From positions 1-30,689 of the forward strand of contig JBDREN010000022.1 in the NCBI GenBank assembly GCA_043819795.1: a DNA stretch of 30,689 bases, given 5' to 3'. The notes beneath the pieces are model-generated. The model was given only the letters and a program-made list of their open reading frames with translations, was not told the DNA's origin and searched no databases. Each line of letters opens with the position of its first letter. Positions within the stretch are counted from its first letter, which is position 1. Shown here one piece after another: positions 15,961 to 23,973 of the stretch. The translations under genes and the position numbers were made by a program. The stretch comes from Elusimicrobiota bacterium (GTDB lineage: Bacteria > Elusimicrobiota > Elusimicrobia > UBA1565).

Positions 15961-17766
15961 ATGAGCGGGATTTGCGGCGAGATAAGGTTCGACCGGCGCC
16001 GGGCTTCGGTGGAGGCCGTGCGCGCGATGTGCGGCCGCATGGCGGGCCGGGGGCCGGACGGCGAGGGCGTCTTCGCGCAGGGCCCGATCGCCGTGGGGCA
16101 CCGGCGCCTGAGGATCAAGGACCTCTCGGAGCGTTCCCAGCAGCCGATGATCGACAGCGGGCTGGGCCTCGGGATCGTCTACGACGGCGCGATCTACAAC
16201 TATCCGGAGCTGCGGCGGGACCTGGAGGGAAAGGGCTGCCGATTCTTCTCTACGAGCGACGCGGAGGTCCTGCTCAAAGCCTATCACGAATGGGGCGAGG
16301 CCTTCGTCGAGAGGCTCTCGGGGATGTTCGCCTTCGCCCTTTGGGAACGCGACACGGGCCGGATCGTCTGCGCCCGGGACCGCCTGGGCATCAAGCCGTT
16401 CTACTGGGCCAGGTCCCCCAGCGTCTTCCGCTTCGCTTCCTCTCTGCCCGCCCTGTTAGCCGCCGGCGGGATCGACACGGAGATAGACCCGGTCGCTCTG
16501 CATCACTACTTGAGCTTCTATTCCGTCGTGCCGGCTCCCCGGACGGTGCTCAAGGGGGTGCGCAAGCTGCCCCCGGCGAGCGTGCTCATCGCGGAGCCGG
16601 ACGGGCGCCTGCGGCATCATCGGTATTGGGACCCGGTATTCGACCCCGTTCAGGGCGGCGCGCACGCGGGGCAGGCGCGCCCCGAGCAGGGGGCGGGCGC
16701 GAAGTCCTTCGAGGAGTGCCAGCAGGTGGTGCAGGACACCCTGCGGGCCGCGGTCCGCCGCCAGCTGGTCGCCGACGTCCCCGTCGGGGTCCTGCTCTCC
16801 GGCGGGCTGACCTCCAGCCTCCTCGTCTGCCTGCTCACCGAGGCCGGGCAGCACGGCATATCGACTTTCTCCATCGGGTTCGAGGACGAGGGCGAGGAGG
16901 GCGACAAGTTCCGGTGCGCGGACCTCGTGGCCGAGCGCTTCGCGACCGATCACCACAAGATCCAGGTCAAGCCCCGGCGCCTGCTCGCCTCCCTCAAGAA
17001 CTGCGTGAGGGCCATGTCCGAGCCCATGGCCGGCCATGACTGCATAGGCTTCTTCCTGCTCTCCGAGGAGGTGTCCAAGCAGGTCAAGGTAGCGCAGAGC
17101 GGCCAGGGCGCCAACGAGATCTTCGCCGGCGGGCATTGGTACCCGGCGCTGCTCGAGAGCGCCGACCCGGTCGCGGACTGCGTCCGGGTGTTCTTCGACC
17201 GCGGGCACGCGGAATTCGCCCGCGCGGTCCACCCCCGCTTCGTGGACCGCGACCACAGCCGGGAGTTCGTGGCCGCGCATTTCGAGCGGCCCGGAGCGAG
17301 GCGGAGCATCGACAAGGCGCTGCGCCTCGACGCCACGGCGATCCTCCCCGAGGGGGCGGCTCGGCGCGTCGACAATATGTCGATGGCGTGGGGGCTCGAG
17401 GCCCGGCTGCCGCTCTTGGACCACACGATCGTCGAGACCGCGAGCCGCATCCCGGCCGAGTTCAAAGCGGGCGAGGCCGGCAAGGACGTTCTGAAGGAGG
17501 CCGCGCGCAAGCTGCTTCCCCCCGAGGTAATCGACCGCCCGGGCGCCCACTTCCCCGTCGCCGCCATGACCCGGATGCGGGGCGAGCACCTGGATTTCGT
17601 AAGGGAGATCCTGCAGGATCCCGCCGCGCAGCGGCGCGAGCTCTTCCACCGGGAGTACATCGAGGAGCTTCTCAAGGAGCCGGAGGCCCACCTGACCCCC
17701 CTTGGGGGATCGAAGCTCTGGCAGGTCGCCCTCCTGCATTACTGGCTATCCTGTCAAGGACTCTGA
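15961..17766 (+). CDS. AsnB-family protein of the NAGGN amidotransferase (AsnO) type, with degenerate catalytic motifs
   Basis: xGICGEIRFD, RGPD, GHRRL, ARDRLGIKP, IDPVALHHYL, MSEPM-HDC, QSGQGA, RVDNM-MAWGLEAR, HLTPL-GSKLWQ. Confidence 0.88.
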   Translation: MSGICGEIRFDRRRASVEAVRAMCGRMAGRGPDGEGVFAQGPIAVGHRRLRIKDLSERSQQPMIDSGLGLGIVYDGAIYNYPELRRDLEGKGCRFFSTSDAEVLLKAYHEWGEAFVERLSGMFAFALWERDTGRIVCARDRLGIKPFYWARSPSVFRFASSLPALLAAGGIDTEIDPVALHHYLSFYSVVPAPRTVLKGVRKLPPASVLIAEPDGRLRHHRYWDPVFDPVQGGAHAGQARPEQGAGAKSFEECQQVVQDTLRAAVRRQLVADVPVGVLLSGGLTSSLLVCLLTEAGQHGISTFSIGFEDEGEEGDKFRCADLVAERFATDHHKIQVKPRRLLASLKNCVRAMSEPMAGHDCIGFFLLSEEVSKQVKVAQSGQGANEIFAGGHWYPALLESADPVADCVRVFFDRGHAEFARAVHPRFVDRDHSREFVAAHFERPGARRSIDKALRLDATAILPEGAARRVDNMSMAWGLEARLPLLDHTIVETASRIPAEFKAGEAGKDVLKEAARKLLPPEVIDRPGAHFPVAAMTRMRGEHLDFVREILQDPAAQRRELFHREYIEELLKEPEAHLTPLGGSKLWQVALLHYWLSCQGL

Positions 17767-17803
17767 CCGTTATGTCCGCGGCCGGAGGTAAGACGAGACG
17801 AGC

Positions 17804-19201
17804 ATGATCGAGCTCGGCGAAGGCAATCTCAGGGTCCCCGCGTGGACGCGTCCGGTGTTCATGGTGTCCATGGGGACGACGGATTATCGCAGGCGCTACC
17901 CCGAGAAGCGGCTCGAAGAGCTCTGCATGACGGCCTTCCGGATGCTCCTCGAGGACAACGACCTGAAGATGGACCCCTTGGAGGTGAAGAGGCTCCTCAA
18001 CTTCGCGTGCTACGGGTCGTTCGCCGACCATTTTCAGGACCAGCTCCTCTGCGAGGCCAAGGTCCACGACTACCTGGGGCTCGACCCCCTGCCGAACGTC
18101 GGCGTGAAGACCGGCGGGGCCACCGGCGGCTCGACGCTGCTGATGGGCGCCAGCACGATCGCCAGCGGCATGTCGGACTGCACCTTGGTGATGGGCTGGG
18201 AGCGGATGGACGAGGTCAAGACCTGGACCGGCAACTATTACATCGCCTCCGCGGCCTGCAAGGATTTCGAGACCCGGCTGTCCCGGAACTACGCCAGCTA
18301 CTACGCGCCGATGGCCCGCCGTTTTCAGCAGATGAACAAGGTGGACGACCGTGTCCGCGCGGAGATCGCCGTCAAGAACCGGGGCTACGCATGCAGCTCC
18401 CCGTTCGCCCAGCAGCCCGGGAGGCATACGGTGGAGGAGGTGCTGGCCGACAAGATCGTGTCGGACCCGCTCCGGCAGCTCGAGTGCTGCGCCATGAGCG
18501 TGGGCTCCGCCGCCGTCCTGCTATGCTCGGAGGACCTGGCCCACAAGCTGACGGACAGCCCCGTCCGCCTCCACGTCGCGGGCGGTTCGGGCACCCTGCG
18601 CGCCGGGGACCGCCGCCATACGCGGATACCGCTGCTTGCGCACGAGCGCGAGGAGGACCACCGGGAGCTCTATGAGCGGCTGCGCGAGGCCGACGGCCGC
18701 TGGCCCGGTTTCGAGAGCTTCGGGGCGGCCCGTTTCGCCGCCAGCATGGTCTACCGCATGGCCGGGATCGGCGTACCTGTCGAGGACCTGGACCTCGTCG
18801 AGACCCATGACGCCTTCACGATATCCGACCTCCAGACCTACGGGGACGTCGGGCTGACCCGCTACGGCGCGGAGCAGGAGTACGTCACCTCCGGGGAGTG
18901 CTACCTCAAGAACCCGCGCACGGGCAAGCCGGGGAAATGCCCCGCCAACCTGTCCGGGGGGCTGTTGGGAACCATGCACGCGGTAGGCGCGACCGGCATC
19001 TTCCAGGCGGGCGAGATCCTTTGGCAGCTTCAAGGCAAGTACGACAAGTTCCACGGCGATCCGAAGATGTGGAGCCGCTGGGGCAAGAGGAAGCCGGAGG
19101 ACTGGGAAAGCCTCCAGGCGAGCGATCCCCGCCGGGGCCTGGCCATCTCCCACGCCGGGGTCGGCAGCCACGTGACCTGCGCGGTACTGGAGAAGGCGTG
19201 A
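17804..19201 (+). CDS. Thiolase-domain protein (SCP2/archaeal-type) lacking the nucleophilic Cys
   Basis: KTGGATGG, GWERM, IAVKNR, DPLRQLECC, DLVETHDAFTI, NLSGGLLGTMHAVGATG. Confidence 0.85.
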   Translation: MIELGEGNLRVPAWTRPVFMVSMGTTDYRRRYPEKRLEELCMTAFRMLLEDNDLKMDPLEVKRLLNFACYGSFADHFQDQLLCEAKVHDYLGLDPLPNVGVKTGGATGGSTLLMGASTIASGMSDCTLVMGWERMDEVKTWTGNYYIASAACKDFETRLSRNYASYYAPMARRFQQMNKVDDRVRAEIAVKNRGYACSSPFAQQPGRHTVEEVLADKIVSDPLRQLECCAMSVGSAAVLLCSEDLAHKLTDSPVRLHVAGGSGTLRAGDRRHTRIPLLAHEREEDHRELYERLREADGRWPGFESFGAARFAASMVYRMAGIGVPVEDLDLVETHDAFTISDLQTYGDVGLTRYGAEQEYVTSGECYLKNPRTGKPGKCPANLSGGLLGTMHAVGATGIFQAGEILWQLQGKYDKFHGDPKMWSRWGKRKPEDWESLQASDPRRGLAISHAGVGSHVTCAVLEKA

Positions 19202-19713
19202 TGGGCGAGCGCGTGGAGCTGAGGGCGACTCCTCTGAGGATGTCCGAGAAGGGCGGCGCCTGGGTGCTGCGCGTTCCCAGGCTTGGCAACGTGGGCGGCC
19301 ACCAGCACACGCTCGGCCTGCTGACCCCCTACTTCAGGGGACTCAAGGAAGGGAGGCTGCTGGGCACGAGGTGCGTCGATCCGAAATGCCCCGTCCGCGA
19401 TGGCAAAGGCGAGCTGTGGATCCCGCCTCGCGCCGATTGCCCCGACTGCCACCGGCCGATGCTCTGGGACGAGGTGAAGGAGCCGCGGGGCGCCGTCTAC
19501 ACCTACACCTACGTGGAGCAGGGGGGGACGGGCCTCGAGATCGAGTGCCCCTACTATCAGATCGACGTCAGGATCCAAGGGGTCTGCACGATCGTCAAGA
19601 GCTACCTGATCGACCGCAAGCCGATAAAGATCGGGGACGCCGTGAGGGCGCGCTTCCGCACCGGGGTTCGGGCGACCCACACGTGCCTCGATCTCTACTG
19701 GGAGCTGGTCTGA
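19201..19713 (+). CDS. DUF35-type Zn-ribbon/OB-fold protein (thiolase partner)
   Basis: TGATG coupling with the thiolase; YFRGLKEGRLLGTRC-x4-C...PPRADCPDC, GAVYTYT, IKIGDAVRARF. Confidence 0.88.
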   Translation: MGERVELRATPLRMSEKGGAWVLRVPRLGNVGGHQHTLGLLTPYFRGLKEGRLLGTRCVDPKCPVRDGKGELWIPPRADCPDCHRPMLWDEVKEPRGAVYTYTYVEQGGTGLEIECPYYQIDVRIQGVCTIVKSYLIDRKPIKIGDAVRARFRTGVRATHTCLDLYWELV

Positions 19714-19714
19714 T

Positions 19715-20998
19715 ATGGCCGATCATCCCCGATCCGAGGGTGACGCGCCCCTTCCCGCCCTGAGGAGCGATCTGGACGCCTTCCCCGTCGAGCACGAGGG
19801 CAAGCCCGTGTTCGTCCTCGATGACAGGGAGGGCCTGAGCGGGCGGGTCATGGCGCTTTCGCCCGGCGGCATGCTCGTCGCCTCGCTGCTCGACGGCCGC
19901 CATACGGCCGACGAGCTGTGCGCCATCGTGGCTGAGCATGCGGGAGCTCCGGTGGACGCGGCCGATATCCGCAAGATCGTGGAGGAACTGGAGGGGGCGG
20001 ATCTCCTGGAGACCGAGCGGGTCCGGGCCAAGCGCCGGAAGATCCTCGAGGATTTTAAGACGAGTCCCGTGCGCAAAGCCGTGATGAGCGGCGCCGGATA
20101 TCCCGAGAGCGCCCTGGAGCTGGCGGGTCTCTTCGGCGGCTTCATGCGCGATCCCAAGGGCCCCGGCAAGGCCTTGCCGGAGCGTCCCGCGTCCGCCCCG
20201 CCACCGCTCGGGCTCGTGAGCCCCCATATCGATTTTCAGCGCGGCGGACCGGCGTACGCCTGGGCCTATCAGGCTCTGGCCGAGTCGCCGCCTCCGGACC
20301 TTATCGTGGCTCTCGGCGTCGCTCATGCCGGGCCCAAATCCCCCTGGATAATGACTCCGAAAGCCTATGAGACCCCCCATGGGCCGATGGCCGTGGACTC
20401 CGGGCTTTACGACGAGATCGCGGGCTGCCTGTGGTACGACCCGCGCGACGACGAGTGGGCCCACCGGCGGGAGCATTCGCTGGAGGCCCAGGCCGTGTGG
20501 CTGCGGTTCCTTTGGCGCGAGAAGACCCCGCCGTGGGTCCCGATCCTATGCTCGTCGTTCGAGCGCTTCTCTCCCGACCGTCCGCCTTCGTCCGTCTCCA
20601 CTATCGAGGGCGCCATCGAGAAGATAGGCGACAAGCTGGCCGCGCGGGCGAAGGGCGGCCAGAGGATCATGGTCCTGGCGGGCGTGGACCTCGCTCACGT
20701 GGGCCCTCGGTTCGGCGACGATATCGCATTGGACGCCGGGCTGGAGAAGCGGATCGAGACCGAGGACCGGGGCTCGCTGGAGCACGCCCTGCGGCTGGAC
20801 GCCGACGAGTTCTATCGTTCCACGATCGCCGGCGGCCACTGGAGGAAGGTGTGCGGGCTGTCGGCCCTCTATACCTCCCTTCGCTGGATCAAGGCCTTGA
20901 GCCCGGACGGGCGGCCTCCGGGAGAGCTTCTGACCTACGCGCAGTCCTACGATCCCCTGGGCGGGATCGTCTCCTACGTCAGCGCGATCTTCCGCTGA
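19715..20998 (+). CDS. amrB: MEMO1-family protein (AmmeMemoRadiSam protein B) with N-terminal PqqD-like domain
   Basis: LVSPHIDFQRGG, GVAH, YETPHG, HRREHSLE, VDLAHVGPRFGD, VCG; N-terminal LLDGRHTADEL...IVEELEGADLLE. Confidence 0.85.
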   Translation: MADHPRSEGDAPLPALRSDLDAFPVEHEGKPVFVLDDREGLSGRVMALSPGGMLVASLLDGRHTADELCAIVAEHAGAPVDAADIRKIVEELEGADLLETERVRAKRRKILEDFKTSPVRKAVMSGAGYPESALELAGLFGGFMRDPKGPGKALPERPASAPPPLGLVSPHIDFQRGGPAYAWAYQALAESPPPDLIVALGVAHAGPKSPWIMTPKAYETPHGPMAVDSGLYDEIAGCLWYDPRDDEWAHRREHSLEAQAVWLRFLWREKTPPWVPILCSSFERFSPDRPPSSVSTIEGAIEKIGDKLAARAKGGQRIMVLAGVDLAHVGPRFGDDIALDAGLEKRIETEDRGSLEHALRLDADEFYRSTIAGGHWRKVCGLSALYTSLRWIKALSPDGRPPGELLTYAQSYDPLGGIVSYVSAIFR

Positions 20999-21080
20999 GA
21001 TCGAGAGTCAGGCTGGAGTCTCAATAAGTTTCATAAGTTGCAGCCTGACGCCGATTTCTCGCTCGCGGCGCTGTCTTGAC

Positions 21081-21110
21081 TTGACGGTGGTGCTTGATCG
21101 CTTATAACAT
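21081..21110 (+). promoter_or_regulatory. Sigma70-type promoter
   Basis: TTGACG (21081-21086) with TATAAC (21103, 16-nt spacer) or TAACAT (21105, 18-nt spacer); GGAG SD before ATG 21153. Confidence 0.55.
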
Positions 21111-21152
21111 CCCCAGTGCGGCTGCCGGACGGCGGCCGCCGGAGCGGATATC

Positions 21153-22592
21153 ATGATGGACGTTGACGAGTTCTTCGGCGCGCGGGCGGGCTTCTGGGAC
21201 CGGAGCCTCGCCCGGCTCAGCCTGGGGCTCATCCTGCGCGGCGCGCGGATCGATCCGGCCTCGGAGATCCCGCTCGCCGGCGTTCCCTCGCCGCTGGTCC
21301 CGGGCTTGAACCTCCTGGAGCGGGCCAAGGACGGCTCGCGCGGGACGGACCTGGCCGGCGACGGGCCGGGCGCGCCGGTCATCGTGGGAACGGTGCGGAT
21401 GGGGTTCGGGCACCATCGCATCGCGTACTCCGCCCACAGCTGGGCGATCGAGAAGGGGATGCGCCCCTACCTCCACGACCTCATTGGGATCGAATCGCAG
21501 GAGTCGGACGTCATTCGGCGCATGGACGCCAACTACTGCCGCCTTTCCCGGCTCGCCGCGGACTTAGGCGGCCCCTTCGATTGGGTGTGGGGCAGGCTGA
21601 TGCAGCAGGGGGACCTCAAGACCCTGAGGCTCTTCTGCCGCCTGGCGGAGGCCGTCGCGCCGCTGATGCGATCGCTTCCCAAGGATGTCCCCGTGATCGG
21701 CTCGCACCCATTGAACTCCCAGATCGCGGTGGCGTGCGGGTTCCGCCACGTCATCAACCTGGTCATCGACAACTATCCCCAGTACTTCGTCATGGCCCCG
21801 GGGGCGATCCATCTCGTGCAGAGCCCCGCCCACGGGATGCAGCTGGTCAAAATGGGCTTGCCCCAGGAATCGGTCCGGTACGGGGGGCACTGGGTATCTC
21901 AAGACGTTTGCGCCAACGCGGCCGAGGATTGCGCCCGGCGCATCGAACGCGCCGATCGCGGCGCGCCCCGAAGGTTGCTGGCTCCGGTGGGCGGCGCCGG
22001 GGCCCAGGGGGGCTTTCTCACGGACCTCGTCAAGCGCCTGGGGCCGCGGCTGGCCGAGGGCAAGGTCCGGCTGCTGCTCAACGCCGGCCATCACCGGCAC
22101 ATGCGGCCCGCGCTCGAGAGGACCCTCAATGAGGCGGGGATCGAGTTCGACACGGTGCGGACCTGGAGCGAGCTCGAGGAGTTCTGCCGGGTCCACACCC
22201 TGAGCGGAAGCGAGCCCGCCGGCGCCAAGCCCGCGGTGCTAGCCTCGTTCGAGGACTACTTCGAGGCCTTCTCGGCCACGGACCGCCTCATCCGGGTGTC
22301 GGACGTGCTCGTGACCAAGCCTTCCGAGCTCGCCTTCTACCCCATCCCCAAGCTGCATATCCGCCGTGTGGGCGGGCATGAAGAGCCCTCGGCCATCCGG
22401 TCGAGCGAGCTGGGCGACGGCTCCCCCGAGTGCCGCGAGCCGGCGGACGCGGAGCGGATGGCGGGGCTTCTCGTGGACGACAGGCACATGTTCATCCGCA
22501 TGAACGAGAGCATCATCCGCAACTCGGCCGCCGGGGTCTACTCGGGCGGCAAGACGGCCGTCGAGCTGGCGGCGGAGCTTTCCAAAGTTTAG
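21153..22592 (+). CDS. Conserved hypothetical protein, probable GT-B glycosyltransferase-like fold
   Basis: MGFGHHRIA, SHPL, VGGAGAQ and SDVLVTKPSE resemble MGDG-synthase/GT28-like motifs. Confidence 0.6.
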   Translation: MMDVDEFFGARAGFWDRSLARLSLGLILRGARIDPASEIPLAGVPSPLVPGLNLLERAKDGSRGTDLAGDGPGAPVIVGTVRMGFGHHRIAYSAHSWAIEKGMRPYLHDLIGIESQESDVIRRMDANYCRLSRLAADLGGPFDWVWGRLMQQGDLKTLRLFCRLAEAVAPLMRSLPKDVPVIGSHPLNSQIAVACGFRHVINLVIDNYPQYFVMAPGAIHLVQSPAHGMQLVKMGLPQESVRYGGHWVSQDVCANAAEDCARRIERADRGAPRRLLAPVGGAGAQGGFLTDLVKRLGPRLAEGKVRLLLNAGHHRHMRPALERTLNEAGIEFDTVRTWSELEEFCRVHTLSGSEPAGAKPAVLASFEDYFEAFSATDRLIRVSDVLVTKPSELAFYPIPKLHIRRVGGHEEPSAIRSSELGDGSPECREPADAERMAGLLVDDRHMFIRMNESIIRNSAAGVYSGGKTAVELAAELSKV

Positions 22593-22647
22593 GAGCTGCC
22601 CGCGCGTAGCGGGGAGTGTCCGCGTTTTCCGGGCGAGGAGAGAGACT

Positions 22648-23727
22648 ATGATGACTGTCATTTATGCGGCTTTGATCTGCCTTATGCCGGCGTTGATTTT
22701 CGCGGCGGACTGCGGCGACGCCGGATGCGGGGAAGACCCTCCCGCCGTGCTGCTGCTCCCGGAGCCGGACGTCTCCGCCGGGGAGGCGGGCCCCAGGATC
22801 GTGTTCCCGTCTCCGGAGCATGACTTCGGAGAGATCCCGCAGGGCGAAACGGTCACCCATGACTTCGTGTTCAAGAACGAAGGGCCCGGGACGTTGGAGA
22901 TCGGGGAGGTGAGGAGCTCATGCGGCTGCACCGCGGCGCTCGTCTCCAAGAAGGAGATCGGGCCCGGCGAGGAAGGTCGGATCAAGGTCACGTTCCGCTC
23001 CCGCGGATTCCGGGGGAACGTGACGAAGACCGTGAGCGTCCCCTCCAATGACCTCGCTTCCGGGACCGCCACGCTGAAGATCAAGGCGACCGTGAAGGTC
23101 GAGATCGACGCTATGCCTTCCAGCGTCTCCTTCGGGGACGTGAGGAGGGGCGCGAGCGCGTCAAAGACCGTCACTCTGGAGCAGGCCGCGGGCAGGAAGT
23201 TCAACATCAAGGGCATAGAGCACAAGGGCGAGGGCCTGGCGGTGACGTCGGAGCCCGAGGGTCCGGCTTCGAGTCACAAGCTCCACGTGGCGCTGAACGC
23301 TCCCGACAAGCCCGGCACATTCGCCGACGTCGTCCTCGTCAGGACGGATGACGAGAAGCAGCCGGAGGTCCGGATCCCGGTCAGCGCGCGCATCGTGGGC
23401 GATGTGATCGCGAGCCCCGCGAGTCTGTTCCTGGGACGCGTGGACCAGGGGACGGAGCGTACGGGTTCCGTCGCCGTGCGGATCGGCGAGGGCTCCTCCG
23501 CCGAGGTCCTGTCGGCGGAGATCGCGACCGCGGGGCTTTCGGCCGAGCTGAAGACGGTCCAGCCGGGAAAGGAGTACCGCGTGACTGTGACGCTGTCCGG
23601 GGAAGCGCCCGCGGGCGCTCTGCGCGGGACGCTCAAGATCAAGACCAGCAACGAGGACCAGCCCTGGATCTTCGTGCCGGTGAACGCGGTCGTGCCGGCC
23701 GCCCCGGCGTTTCCGGGCGGCAAGTAG
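22648..23727 (+). CDS. DUF1573 domain secreted protein with tandem Ig-like domains
   Basis: Signal peptide; HDFGEI...FVFKNEG...LEIGEVRSSCGCTA...IGPGEEG; two further beta-sandwich repeats (xPxSxxxG...TxD). Confidence 0.85.
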   Translation: MMTVIYAALICLMPALIFAADCGDAGCGEDPPAVLLLPEPDVSAGEAGPRIVFPSPEHDFGEIPQGETVTHDFVFKNEGPGTLEIGEVRSSCGCTAALVSKKEIGPGEEGRIKVTFRSRGFRGNVTKTVSVPSNDLASGTATLKIKATVKVEIDAMPSSVSFGDVRRGASASKTVTLEQAAGRKFNIKGIEHKGEGLAVTSEPEGPASSHKLHVALNAPDKPGTFADVVLVRTDDEKQPEVRIPVSARIVGDVIASPASLFLGRVDQGTERTGSVAVRIGEGSSAEVLSAEIATAGLSAELKTVQPGKEYRVTVTLSGEAPAGALRGTLKIKTSNEDQPWIFVPVNAVVPAAPAFPGGK

Positions 23728-23973
23728 GGCCGGCGGGCGCCGTTTTCGCTGGCATAAAAAAGTCCCTCATTTTTAATCGATGTTATTCTTGCTCGCATGT
23801 CAGGGAGTATGGGCCCTGGCAATTTCGCTCCAATTTCTGTTTACTGGTATGCGAGTCGGACCTCCAAGCCCTGTCGTCGCGATAGGCTTCAAGGACGGCG
23901 GACTGAAGGGCGATGCGGCCGCTTCCGGCGGCTCCGCGCCGTTTTCTCGACTCATCAGAGGAGGGACACTGCC

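Noticed and set aside
8644..17766. Osmolyte theme linking GH63 and the NAGGN amidotransferase
   Set aside because: The genes are 5 kb apart with unrelated genes between them, and the amidotransferase looks inactive.
8644..20998. Lasso-peptide-like kit (AsnB-like, RRE-like and transglutaminase-like domains all in the window)
   Set aside because: The parts are scattered and fused to unrelated domains; the AsnB-like protein is of AsnO type and lacks the SGGLDS Asp that a cyclase needs; no precursor found.
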